Shown here piece by piece: positions 36,311-49,789 of a stretch of 64,000 bases of DNA. Under the pieces are notes generated by a model that worked only from the letters and a program-made list of their open reading frames with translations, ran no database searches and had not been told where the DNA came from. Position 1 is the stretch's first letter. The number at the start of each line of letters is the position of its first letter. Source of the DNA: Cetorhinus maximus (Eukaryota). The stretch spans positions 71,486,001 to 71,550,000 of the forward strand of contig NC_135886.1 of NCBI RefSeq assembly GCF_964194155.1, read 5' to 3'. Both the position numbers and the translations under genes were made by a program.

Positions 36311-39300
36311 TGCTTATTTGAGAGGTACTGCAATGCTGCTTGCCCATAGATAGCCACTCTGCAAGCTTGGAAATCCAAATCCACCATTTTATCTGGATCG
36401 CAGAGATGATTGGCTATGAAATGGATCTCAGACCTGTGGAATTACTCAAGTCCTTTGTTGTTTTCAATTGAGCCACTGAGAGATGCTTTCCCTACTTATG
36501 TTAACATAGTGTAAGGCAGGGAGGAAGATTATTCTGGTATAATTTTTTTAAAAAGCTGTCAATTTTTTAAATATATACAATTTTATCAGCTGCTAGACTA
36601 CAGAAATCAATGTAACAACATTAATGCTGGTGGCTGGCTCCCAAATGCAAGCTTCCCGGAATACAAATTAAAAGAACAGTGTAAAAGCAACTTTGAAAGG
36701 AAACGTTCCAGCAGTTTACAGACAATTTATAATATTGCCCAGAATACAATGAACTCTGGCACCAGTCTGACCTCAGCTATCTGTAATTCATCTAACTGCA
36801 GTCCAAACTTTTAACACTTCTGTACATATATATAGATGATATTTCTTACATTTGTAAACACACAGCTAACCCCTTAACATCTCAAAGTAGAAATAGGAAG
36901 AGCACCTCTGAATCCACTGACCTACATCCGGTAACACTTCAGTGCACATTGACCACAAACCTTGTAACACTTCACTGAATACTAATCTTAAATACAATAC
37001 GGCACAATGCAGGAACACAAGCATTGTGTCAATATTTGTGTACAGGTTGGAGGTTGTACGGTTTATTTGTAGCATACAGCTTATTGTCTCATGGAACTTA
37101 ACCTAAACAGTACACCAATATAGGTTTCTCACATCCTTGTCTCCTCTTATTCGGAATAAGGAATCAAGTACTGAATTTAAACTCTATCAAGATTTCACAG
37201 CTGACAGACTAGATAGAAGGAGTAGTAAAGGGTCACGGGAGTGGGAGTACAGTGAACCCCCCTAACTGTATTACAGATATTACTGTTCTTGGAACTGACT
37301 AAGTCTTGTTTGTCTTGAATTCTCCAGTTTTTCATAAGGAATAATAACAGGTGGGTGAATGCATTTACAAGAAAATAGTAGAGGCGGTGGGGTGAGTTTC
37401 GTGAACTGTAATACTGAAGCAGTAGTGTTTTTTTGTGCTGAGCTAAAATCATTTCCATTTTAATCAGCTCCAGTCAGAAATGCCACAATTAACCATAAAA
37501 ATTAAATCAGGTCCGCTTTGTATTTTTTCCTACCTATGAATATCACTACAATATCATTGTAATTTAACATTGAATAGGAGATAGTATTTCTCTTCATATC
37601 AATGAATACAATGCTTCCTTAGACAACTTTGTTTAAAAATAAATTTGCAAAGTATAGTCAGTATTTTTTAGGTCATGTAGAATTATTTTAGAAGAGTAAG
37701 TAAAAGGACAAAAGATAAGACTGTTCTTCCATTTGATGGCTTTGGAGTTGAGGAAGATAATGAGCTAACCTGTTAAATAGTAGCAGATACAGGGCTGCAA
37801 AAACAGCAGACGGAATGGATTACAAGTTAACTAAAAGCCTCAAGTTATTACCTAAGTAACTACAATTACAGGGAGGTAGAGATCATTTCTTCTTTGGAAT
37901 TAATCGAGCTATCCTTAGACTGGATTTCAATGTTTTCTCACAATTTCTCCTGCAATTCCTACTCAATGGAACAATTATTTTGGCTGCATCAGAGTTCACC
38001 TAATGACTCTTCTCAGCAATTAGATTATGAAAACTGACTGTTAACCCAATATTTCTAATTAAATTTCTGTTTATTAATTCAAGTCTATGGATCCAGCCAA
38101 CTCATGGCGACTTTGCTGCACTTACAAAGGGCAGAATAAGTATTAAGCTTTCTATTCCTGGAAGCAGGATTCTTTGGTTGACTAAGGCCAAAACATTATG
38201 CTTAATTTTTTTAAAAACAATAATTTGTAATCCACTTGGATACCTGGCCATCTGTAATTGGAGTTATGTGGGCAACAATTTAGGGTATTTCTTAACTTAC
38301 TCCTTATACCCATTGCTGTTTTAGCAGGCTTGAGTTTGCTGTAACATATCACTGTGATCCTTGTCATGCTATTACTTGATGCCAAGTAATCAATTAGAGG
38401 GTTTGTCGCCAGGTTAGAGAATGTAGTCATTCAATTGCTTACTGCATAGATGGAGCTTAGAGACTTGAAACTCAATTGCAAATCTAGACTGTCAGCTAAT
38501 TTGTAAACTATTACAAGGTAACATTAATCTTTAATGAGAAAAGAAAGTATTTTACTGTCAAAATATTTCCCAGCATTTTTTTAAATAAAGAATTAGCCTT
38601 TGGAGAATCTTAATTTTATTTTGAAACTTCAATTTTAATGTTAGCTACATTTTTAATGTTAACCACTTGCCAGGTATTTCTTGATGCATGGCCACAACAC
38701 TATTAAGGAGAGAAAAAAAGGGCTTCAGTTCCAGATTGATCTAAGCTGTTCTGGAGGGTTTTCTGGCTTCATGTAGCCCTAGGGCCTGTCTAAAGTTGTA
38801 GCCCTTTGTCTTTTCAAAAGTAGTTGCTCCAGGACATTGAGTGGTGTAGAAGCAAAAGAAATTCTGACCAAAAATTGACATTCCTGTGAATATGTTAAAT
38901 AAAATGATGGGTACTATTAGTTTTCTCTATAAGACAAGAGAGTCTCTTAACTTTTACTTTAAATCATCTTGATATTCTTCAGTTATATGATTACTAATAA
39001 TAAAGATAAAAATGGCAGCTTTTCTGTTTTATTGATGACAAACTTCACTTACCAGTCATGCAGATCTGGTAAGCTGTAGGTTTGATTTCTGACTTAGCTG
39101 TGATCTAAGATGAACCTGTAGTCCGGGAGAGAAAATAACCAGGATTCTCCCTCCTAATTGTTATCCAATGCAAAAGTGCTTACCTGCAAACAGTGGGTGA
39201 GCAAAGAACTCGGAGCAGACTGTTGAGCCCCTCAAACCTCTTCTACCATTCAATTAGGTCTTGGCTGACCTGAGCCTCAACTCTTGTTTATCTGCTTTAG

Positions 39301-41879
39301 AGCTATAACCTTTGATATACTTACCTAACAAAAATTTATTGATCTCACTCTTGAAAGTTCCAATTGATTCAGCATCTACAATCTTTTACGAGAAAAATTC
39401 CAGATTTCCACTATTTGATCGAAAATGCTTCATGATTTCCTTCCCAATGGCCTGGGTTATATCTTCTCATTTTTGATTTCCTAACCAGAGGAAATATCTG
39501 TATCTACTCTATTGAATCCTGTTAACATTGTAAATGACACTGACATGTCCTGTGGTACCCAGAAGTCTAAAATAATCAAACTTTTACCACACAAATACTG
39601 GAGCTCACATCAAGTAGATTTTTTCAGACCTCACCATGTGCTGTGGAAAGATACGTTGTTGTTTTAGTACACTGACTGAAGTGCAGTAGTGAGTGATGTG
39701 GCATTCTGGGTATACACGTGTACATACGAGTGACAGTATAGTTCCTGAATCATTTTGGAACAATCACATCACTTTTCAATCTTCAATAGTTAAAAGTGAG
39801 GATGGGATCAAGCTGGATGTGGCGATCTTATAGTTGAATAGCTTGCTGATAGTTACTGGGCTTACATATAAGTGTGCACCTGAATTAGGTAACTGTTTTG
39901 TACTGATGGCTTCTCTGGCTGAGGACATGTCTATGTTCGAATTCTAGACTTTTCCAAGGTATTGCTCAATAGTACACCATGCAGTTCTTTTATCAATCAA
40001 GGTATTGGGGAAACTCCAAACGAGAGTTATAGCTCTCCAGTCGTGTCATTTGCACACTGGATGATATTGCAGCTTGATAATCATTCACTAGTGCCTTTTT
40101 TGCAGTATGTAGTGTTACAGTTTTATACATGATTCAATTCTGCTGCTTTTGCAGCAGCAGTGAATGTTGACACACAGCAGATCTAAGAATCTTAATGTAA
40201 TTATTGCAGATTTATTGATTTAGTTGATGATTGGGAAACAATATTTTAGGAAGATTCTCTCAGTAATTTCAGTACCAGATTTAATCAGATGATGAAATTT
40301 TGATGGTAATTTAAAAACCAGACAACAAATATCTGAGGTTTATTGCATCTAAAAATACAGCTGTGCTCACATGGCAGGCTATTCTGTTTTGCGCTTCCTT
40401 GTGCACAAGTGGTCTTCGTGAGCGTGAGCAAAGCATTTTTTAAAAATCCTGCACCCATACCATTTTAAATGAGGTAGGAGGCCCTCCGAATGTCAGTATA
40501 ACATTGGAAAGCAGTTCATCCAAGTGGTTTGAGAAAGTGGTTTCGCATTTTTTGTGTTAGGGAGTTCCACAGTTCAGTCACTAACCTGAGTTATATGACT
40601 AGTTTAGTCCTTATTCTCCACCACAAAGGCTTCCACCTACATCATTTCTTCTTCCCCTGCCTCAGCCCATTTTTAACCCCCATACTTGACTATTTCAATG
40701 CTTTCCTGGCTGGCCTCCCATCCTCCATCGACTGTAAACTTAAGCTCATCAAAATATCTGCCTGAATCCTATCCCTTACCAGATCCCATTCACCTATAAC
40801 CTTTGGTTCTTGCTGACCTACATTAGCTGAGTCCCCAATGCCATAAATGTAAAATTCTCATTCTTGTATTCCATTATATATTCAACACTCTCCATCAAAA
40901 GTCTCCAGTATTATGACCCCACCCCAAAACAGCTTCTTATGACACTGGCCTTTTATGCATGTACATCCATTGGTGTCCATCCCCTCAACTGTGTAGGCCC
41001 ATTGCTTTCAAATCCCTCCCTAATCTCCTCTGTCTGTCTATCTCTCTTTCCTATTTTTAAGGCCTCCCTTAAAAGCTGTCATTTTGAGTAAGCCTTTGGA
41101 CTACAAACCTCAACAGATCTCTGTTTTACTAACAGAAATTACAGTACTCTATTATTTTTATTGAGACTATTTCACAGGTTTTTGAATCAGACACATTTGA
41201 GCACAAAGTGTTCTTGCACTTCGAAAAGGGTTTGCTTAATTAATGCTGCTATTAAAATCAACTCTTCAAAAACTCTTGCTGTTTATTGTGTACTGAAAAG
41301 TTCAGGCTGGGATCTCCTTTTCAGCAAAATGCCAGCAAACCACCCTTTTTATCTGCGCCTGGTCTCCACACCTTAACCTAGCCAGTTTTCTCGGATCAGG
41401 TTATTTTCTGTATTTCAGATGTGCTCATCTGAGAGTAGACAGATAATTACTGCAAGTGCCTGCTGCACTGCCTTGCATCAAGCAATCTCCAGGCCTGGTT
41501 GAAAATATATACGCTTTTTAAATTATCACTTGTCAGCAGGTTTTGGTAAAGCACAATTGTGCATGTATATAAAAATGTTCTTGCAGCTGCACTGCAGGTC
41601 TCATTTTTAATATTGGAAAGGAATATGTTGGGAATGTTAAATATTTTTATATTAATCTACTGAACTATGATAGGCACCCAGAAATACAGTTAGATTACAG
41701 ATATTCCCTATCCTGGTACAGATTGTGTCTGGAGAGGGTATTTTGAGTTGTACATCAGTAGAGTGAAGTGATAGACCTAAAATTATCACTGATGATTGTA
41801 ATCAGGTGATCAGTTAAAAGTAACACACAAAAGGCAAATTGGCATAACATTAAGCCTATTGTCCAAAATTCATTTTCCT

Positions 41880-42632
41880 ATAATGCTACTATGCAGTAGC
41901 AACATGAGTGGTATTCGCCACTAACAGGATGGTGCCGTTAAGCCAAAAAGACGTTTCGCCTAACACACAAATTAGCAATGTGGTCTATGAACTTCAGTGC
42001 TAGTGTGATGCTAGGTATGTTGGCCGTACGTCCCAAAGTCTGGTGGATTGTATCAAATGGCACATCCCAGCCCCTGTTCGCAACGGGCAGACCATACTCA
42101 ACCAGCCCGTGCTTGCAAAACTCAAACAGTGTCCAATGTTGGATATGATTCTGCGATTGGACAACATTTGCTATGTAATCCTCAATGTGCTAGGAATTAC
42201 GCTGACAACCAATTTAAGATTGTCAGTCGGGCTCGCAATGTGGCGCATTTGCGTGTACTGGAACCTACATATGTTGATACACAGAACCTTGTTCTTTGCA
42301 GACAGAAAGAACATATACATACACTTCGCCTGTTTCAGCTAAACAAAATAAGTGATAGCCATTTGCTGACTCATTCCTCAGGGCAATGCCTTGACCAATC
42401 AGGATCAAGCTGTCTGGTTTAAATTTCTAACAATGCTTGGCAGTTAACTGTCAGTCACCATCAATGGTGCATTCTCCATGGCAATGCCACTTGCCAACCA
42501 ATCAGCACTCTCTTCACACATAGGATAATTGTTGTTTTCCCCCTATATATTGGTATTCTTGTGAGTGTCCTAATGATTGCAAGACGAAAAGCTTAGACAT
42601 GTCTTTTTCTTCGGCAATGCTTAAGTTCAGTA
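41880..42632 (+). mobile_element. Penelope-like element (second family): GIY-YIG endonuclease remnant plus pLTR
   Basis: VYELQC.CDARYVGRTSQ, DSAIGQHLL.NPQCARNYADNQFKIVSRAR..LEPTY; copies at 57388-59039 (-) and 59040-60025 (+). Confidence 0.85.
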
Positions 42633-43513
42633 ACGATTTTTCCATTTTGAAGCTTAAGGTTTTTTTCTATATTTCGAGGCATAGATTATGATCCCACCTT
42701 TTATGCAAACTATAATAACTACACCAGTTAGAGTACAAAGGACTGCAGGTTACTAGTTTCAGTCAGTTCCAAACGGCATCAAGTCAGGGCAGTTGAGCTG
42801 CGCCTGAGTAAAAAGGAACTGTTTTGTAATAAGTACAGTTCCAGAAGTGTGTCGCAGTTATACTGGTAAAAATCAGCATGTTGCAGTTTTCCTTCCTGTT
42901 CTGTGATGTGACACTGTGTAATTTTCAAAATACTAGTTTGTCTTGCATTTTTTTCCTGTCACATCATCTGATATGACCATCATAACAAGGGATCAGAATC
43001 ACAAGGGGAAATGGTGCAACTGTTATTTACCTGAGAAAAATGTTTAAGTTGTATTTTTCAACAATACTAAACTTTGAACGAGAAATTGCTCAGCTGTAGA
43101 GAGAAATACATTATTATGATGCAATCTGTTGAAAACATGCCTGTGGAATACACAATCAAAAATCTTGAAAACCAAATCTTGAATTCCAGTTTACAAATTA
43201 AGCTTTTTAAAAATTCTGCAGGTGTAAAAAAAAAAATTGCCTGCTTGAATTTTAGTTTTAATTGGAATTATAAAAATCGTTGGGATTTAAAGCAGGCCAG
43301 GTCCTTACAGATGTGATGAAATTCTGAAGGAAAATTACGATTCCTACTTTGGAACAGATCCTAAACAAGAAAGGGACATATTAGGGGTGAGAACATTGCT
43401 AATGCAAATTAGTGAAAATTATCAACATTAATAAAATGCTTTAAATTAGAAATACACTTTCTCCTACGTCTTAACGCATTTAAATACCAGGAATTTCTGG
43501 GCAACACTCAAAC

Positions 43514-44842
43514 TACGAACATACGAATTAGGAGCAGGAGTAGGCCACTCAGTCCCTCGAGCCTGCTCTGCCATTCAATAAGATCATGGCCGATCTGAAT
43601 ATAACCTCAACCCCACACTCCTGCCTACCCCGATCACCTTTTACCCCTTTGTTAATCAAGAATCTACCTAGCTTTGCCTTAAAAATATTCAAAGAGTCTG
43701 CTTCCACTGCCTTTTGAGGAAGAGAGTTCCAAAGACTCTCAACCTTCTGAGAGAAAAAAATTCTCCTCATCTCTGTCTTAACTGAGCGACCCCTTATCTT
43801 TAAACAGTGACTCCTGGTTCTAGATTCTCCCACAGGAGGAAACATCTTCTCCACATCCACCCTGTCAAGACCCCTCAGAATCTTAAAGGTTTCAATTAAG
43901 TCACCTCTTACTCTTCTAAATTCCAGTCGATACAAACCTAACCTGTCCAGCCTTTCCTCCTAGGACAACCCGCCTATTCCTGGTATTAGTCTAGTAAACC
44001 TTCTCTGAACTGCTTCTAACGCATTAACATCTTTCTTTGAATAAGGATACTAGAACTGTACACACTGCCCCAGATGTGGTCTCACCAATGTCCTATACAA
44101 CTGAAGCATAACCTCCCTAATCAATTTCTCTCACAATAAATGGTAACATTCTATTAGCTGTCCTAATTACCTGCTGTACCTGCACGCTAACCTTTTGTGA
44201 TTCATGCACTAGGACACCCAGATCCCTCTGAATCTCAGAGCTCTCCAATTTCTCACTATTTAGATAATTTTAATTTTGATTCTTCCTGCCAAAATGAACG
44301 ATTTCACATTTCCCCACATTATACTCCATTTGCTAGATCTTTTCCCACTCATTTAACCTATGAATGTCACTTTGTAGCCTCCTTACATCCTCTTCACAAT
44401 TTACTTTCCTACTTATCTTTGTGTCGTCATCAAATTTAGCAACCATTCCTTTGGTCCCTTCACATAAGTCATTTATATAAATTGTAAAAGGTTGAGGCCC
44501 CAGCACTGATACCTGTGGCACACCACTTATCACATGCTGCCAACCAGAAAAAGACCCATTTATGCCTACTCCCCGTTTCCTGTTAGCTAGCCAATGTTCT
44601 ATCCATGCCAATATATTGCCGCCTACACCTTGAGCTTTTATTTTCTGCAATAACGTTTGATGTGGCACTTTACCAACTGCCTTCTGGAAATCTAAGTACA
44701 GTACATCCACCGGTTCCCCTTTATCCACAGCACATGTGACTCTTTCAAAGAACTCCAATAAGTTGGTTAAATCTGATTTCCCTTTTACAAAACCATGTTG
44801 ACTCTGCCTAATTGCTTTGAATTTTTTGAAGTGCCCTGCTAT
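43514..44842 (-). mobile_element. CR1 LINE
   Basis: ORFs 44333-45010 (SQHGFVKGKS, YLDFQKA, GVPQ.SVLGP) and 43549-43935; CR1 tail. Confidence 0.93.
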
Positions 44843-45339
44843 AACACCTTTAATAATAGCTTCAAAAGAGCTGGACTGTTCATTGCAGAACAGATCAATA
44901 CAAGCCGATTTGAAGTGAGTACTTTTGATGATGTCAATTTCCTGAGTCCTGAAACAGGTGTAGAATATATAATCAAGTGGGGTCTTTAGTGATGCTTGAT
45001 CTAAGAACACTTTATTCTTTTAAGCTGAAAAGCTGAGAGGCCTATTCAACATCCTTTACACTCCACTGGAATTAGTTCAGATTTGCACCATATTCTGTAT
45101 CAACCAAGTGATAGACAATGTCATTTGATATTTTTAACATTGTCATGAGCAGGCACTGAGTGACATAACCAAATGGCATTCTGTTCCCACTCTGTATAAA
45201 AGCACTGAGCATGTAATGGAGTAGCATTCATTTTTACCACTCATGAACATATTGTTAGCCTGTAGCCTAACCTAGTCTAACCTTGAAGTTAGTCCATTGG
45301 ATATTTTGGTAATTTTCTACTTGCATTGTCAGGTGACCT

Positions 45340-46520
45340 CTCCGAGCTACAAGACTCGCTGCTCTTGACCCCATTCCCATTAAACAGATGGCCAGCCAAA
45401 TTCCCTCTGTGGTCCTCACACTAGCTAAAGGAAAGAGGACAGTACCTCCCCTCAGGTACTGTCCTCTTTCCTTTCAAATATTCTGCCATATCTTTTTTTA
45501 AAAAAAAATCTTTGACCCTTCTATCCTTGTAAACTTACTGCCCCTCTCCAAAATTCCTTTCCTCTCTAAAGTCCTTGAATATGTTGCCTCCCAAATCCCT
45601 GCCCATCTTTACTGCACCTCCATATTTGAACCTCTCTAATTGGGTTTTGCCCCTACCACAGCACTGAAATGGCTCTAATCAAAGTTACAATTCAGGTGAC
45701 TGTGACTGATTTTGGTGCTCTATCCTTCCTCATCCTCCTTGATCTGTCTGCAGCCTTTGATACAGTTAACCACACCATCCTCTTCCAGTGCCTCTCCTCT
45801 GATGTCCAGCTGAGTGGACTGCTTTTACCCATCCAGTCATGGTCACAAAGAATCTCCTGCAGTGGTTTCTTTTCCAACCCCTTTTCCAGTACCTCTGGAG
45901 TGTCCCATGTATCTATCCTTGGCCTCCATTTATTTCTAATACATGTGTTACCCCTCACCAACATCATCTCAACAGACAATTGCTACCGCACATTGGCTCC
46001 TGGGAGGCGGTGGCCTTCAATCACGTTGCTGGATCAACCAGCGATGTGGTTGATTCTTAAATGCCCTCTGAACAAGGGCAATTGGGGATAGGCAGTAAAT
46101 GCTGACTGAGCTAATGACGCCCACATCCCATGAATGAATAAAAAAAGAAACATCTTGACATTAAAATTGTCTTCCTCATGTGCAAATCTGGCCATAGCTT
46201 CAACCATGCCCCCCACCCCCTTTAATCACTTCCAGCTATCTGTCCATCTGAGAATCCTGCATTGTCCCAATTCTGACTTCCTATTGTTGGTGGCTGTGCT
46301 TTCAACCATCTATACCCTCAAAGCTCGGAATGCCCTCCCTAAACTTCTCCACTTCTCATTTATTCATTCCTTTGAAGCCTTCTTTCTTTGACCAAGCTTA
46401 TAGCTGTCTGTGCTAATATGTCCTTCTTTGAGTGGGTGTCCATTTTCATCTGAATTTGAACCTGTGGAATGCCTTGGGATGTTTCACTATATTAAAGACA
46501 TTTATAAATGCAAATTTTTG
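45340..46520 (+). mobile_element. L2 LINE fragments interrupted by a SINE/LINE tail (45975-46148)
   Basis: ALIKVT..LILLDLSAAFDTVNHTIL..GVSH.SILG; L2 3' end. Confidence 0.8.
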
Positions 46521-46764
46521 TTGTTAAGGGTTGTTTTTACTGTACATCTTTATGTTTTTAATAAAAGTCTTGCAATAAAGAAAAAAGTTCTCCAGAAAAT
46601 AATTTTTTATTTCATTATAACAACTTATGGTAATTAACATTACAAATGACAATTAATTGGAGGTTTTTAAGCAGGGAAAATCACAAAATTGTGCTCAGGA
46701 TTTGGCGGATGTAGCAAAGTCACATTTATTGTACACTTGGTGTTGCTCCGAGAAGTCACCTCCT

Positions 46765-47930
46765 TGTAAGTTTGAATAGCTCAGTGGCCATTGAATAGTC
46801 AGACCACAGAGACCCTCCCCACACCTAAGGTCGTTGCACCAGATTCACGTGTGTATGGCTTGAACAGAATGACCAGTGAGACAAGTTTCTTCTGATAATT
46901 CACAATTGCTTTATTGAATCACCCACAACCTCACAGTACAAAAGCCCAAAATTTAAAACAACCCGTTCCCAGTACCCGACACAAAGTCACCACGACTCGG
47001 GCTTAAACTTACAAAAATGTTAACTCCACACGAGGTCCCCATGACTTGGTTTAAACTTACAAAAACATAGGTAAAACACTACGTCTTGCCCTGAAACGTT
47101 AAGAAAAAATCCTCAAACTAATATCACCAAGATATGGCTGAAACAAGTTACAAGTTACTGGCAAAAAACATCAAGTTTTCGCCCCAAACCTTCACAAAAC
47201 TCTCAGACCAGTATCACTACGATTTTGCTGAAACTTACAACCCCCAACACGGCTGGTCTGTCCGGTGTGAAACTAGGCCTAAGTCAAGGTGACCAGCCCT
47301 GACCCACAGATACTCAGGTGTGCTCTTTTTTTAATACAATAATTTAGGTCAGACATATCAAAATATACTTCCTGTTGTTCCAATATCGATTTAGTTGATT
47401 CCACGCAAAGACCAGACAACAGCTCCTGGTTGAAACAATACGGGATTTTCCATGGAAGATGTTCCCAGATGAATATTATCAATTCTCACTGTATGAGCGA
47501 TACTCCTGATGTTTGAGGTGGCACAGTAACAGCACCCTGGCTCCAAATTTAATGAGGATTTGACTGATCCTATTTGCAATACTATTGCCTCTGGTTCTGA
47601 CCTTAGTTGCATAAGTCCTTGAGTGTATTGTATTGATATGTCCTTTGTGTCATTGTATTGGGTAATCAGACTTCTTGATTGCATTAGTCAATGGCAGGTA
47701 ATGGCGTTTCCCTGGTACCATTGTTCCTTGATAGCAGTCAGTCAATGTCCAAACCCTTTTGATGAGAGTCTGTTTTTTTACTAAATGTCTGAATGAACTC
47801 CTTGCTGCCAATCCCTGCTGACTGCAGCTTGGCTTTTGTACTTTATAGTTCCAGTCATGAGGTCAAAATGTCCATGGGTTTGAAATTATGTTCCATAAAT
47901 TTCCCAATTGGAGGGGATTCCGACCCTACA
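46765..47930 (-). mobile_element. Solo LTR (1166 bp), ERV- or Gypsy-like
   Basis: TGTA...TACA termini; flanks ctcct/ctact as a 5-bp TSD with one mismatch; minus-strand AATAAA at 46910-46915 and TATA-like TATTAAAAA near 47330. Confidence 0.7.
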
Positions 47931-48187
47931 CTACTTGAGAAGACATTAAAAGTCGCTGATATTAGATGGAACTCAAAGCCACATCTAAACTAGTGCAAGT
48001 AGCAGTGGAGGTTCTGAAGACATAAGTGAACTAGTTGGGTTCTTCCAACTATCCATCAATTTTCATTGGAACTATTTTGCTACCGCTAGGCCACAAATTA
48101 TCAAATGTATTGAATTCAGCTTAATCTGCCATAGTGAGATTTGAACTCTCAATCTCTGAATTGCTCGTTTAGCATCATTACTACATT

Positions 48188-48757
48188 GTCAGCTATGGCT
48201 TGGTTGAAAGCATTCTTGCCTCTGAGTCAGAATGCTCAAATCCCAATGTAGAGACTTGATCACAAAAATTTAGGCTGACAGTCCAGTGCAGTACTGAGGT
48301 AGTGCTATACTGATGGAGGTGCTGTCATTTGGATGAAACATTAAACTCACGTCCCATCTGCCCTGCCAGGTGGACATAAAAGCTCCTCTGGCAGTATTTT
48401 GAAAAAGAACAACGAAGATATTCTTGGTGTCCTGGCCAATATTTATCTATAAATCAATAGCAACATGTTGTATTTATATAACACTGTAATAAACATCACA
48501 AGCAACTTCATAGTAGTGTTATAAAGCAAAATTTGAAACCGAGCTGCAAAGGCGATATTGAAGCCACATCAGAAAAACATTATCTGGCCATTATCATGTT
48601 GCTTTTGTGGGAACTTGCTGTGCACAAATTGGCTGTCATGTTTTCTACATTAAAACAGTGACTACATTTCAAGAAATACTTCATTGGCTGTAAAACACTT
48701 TGGGACATGCTGAGGCTGTGATAGGCACTATAATCAATGCAAATCATTCTTTCTTTC
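48188..48757 (+). mobile_element. Deu-domain SINE (SacSINE1/AmnSINE1-like) with L2-type tail
   Basis: tRNA-like head, ccagtgcagtactgaggtagtgct..ggaggtgc core, tail acttcattggctgtaaaacactttgggacatg. Confidence 0.75.
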
Positions 48758-49789
48758 AATGCTACTCCCCTCCAATAATAATACATAACATCCAGTATCT
48801 TTCACATATTGTGCTCTTGAACTTTGATATTAATGAAGCAGTGACTTTAGATAGACTTCAGATGCTAAAAGTCAATTACGCAGTTAACAATGCCCTGGAG
48901 ATTTCAGAAGAACAAGGAAGGAGTTTTGTGATGCACTTGACAGAGGCTCCAACAGATTGAAAATGGGCAAATGTTGTTCACACCTTCATAAAGACAATAG
49001 ATTTGTTCTTGTACCTAAAAGGCTCATTAGGCTACTCTCAATAATCAAAAAACAATAGAATCAATGAGCAGAAAAAACACAAGTATGAAATTAACATAAA
49101 AACAGAAAATACTGGAAAAACTTAGGTCCGGCAGCATCTGTGGAGAGAGAAACAGTTAACATTTTGAGTCTGTATGATTCTTCTTCAGTGAAGAAGAGTC
49201 ATATGGACTTGAAACATTAACTCTGTTTCTCTCTCCACAGATGCTGTCAGACCTGCTGAGTTTTCCCAGCATTTTCTGTGTTTATTTCAAATTCCCAGCC
49301 TATGCAGTATTTTGCTTTTATGAAATTAACTGAATAAGTAACAGCCAGCACAGCTTTAGAAAGGTTAGATTTTGCCTCATCAGCTTCGTAGACATTTTTA
49401 AAGTGACATTTCAATTTATTAGGAGGAAGAAACCATATGTAGTGTAGCTTAACTTCTAAAAGAATTTTACAATGTAAATGCATGAGAGACTTTACCGACT
49501 AAGGTCAGTGGCTATCCTGGCTGTGGATTCTTAAGTAGCCAAAGGGCAGGAAGGAGACAGTAGCCATAAAAATAATTAGATAAAAGCAAAATACTGCGGA
49601 TGCTGGAAATCTGAAACAAAAACAAAAATTGGTTTTTCCAGCAATTTTTGTTTTTGTTTGAGATAAAAACAATTAAGTTGTCTTGGGGGAAAAGTATTGA
49701 TTGGCATGCCTTGGATATCCTGTTCCTTGTATATATAAAATTCCTTAAATTGGAAAGTTAAAGCATAGTCATTAAATTAGCAGATTTTA

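Noticed and set aside
40330-43020. Unique-looking stretches (40330-40560, 41150-41620, 42760-43020) as snoRNAs or conserved enhancers
   Set aside because: No convincing C/D or H/ACA structure, and conservation cannot be assessed without alignments.
44889-44914. 26-nt exon-like segment (ttgcag|...|gtgagt) in MORC4 intron 2
   Set aside because: Exons 2 and 3 already join seamlessly (ELI-DNA); the pyrimidine tract is weak and there is no other support.
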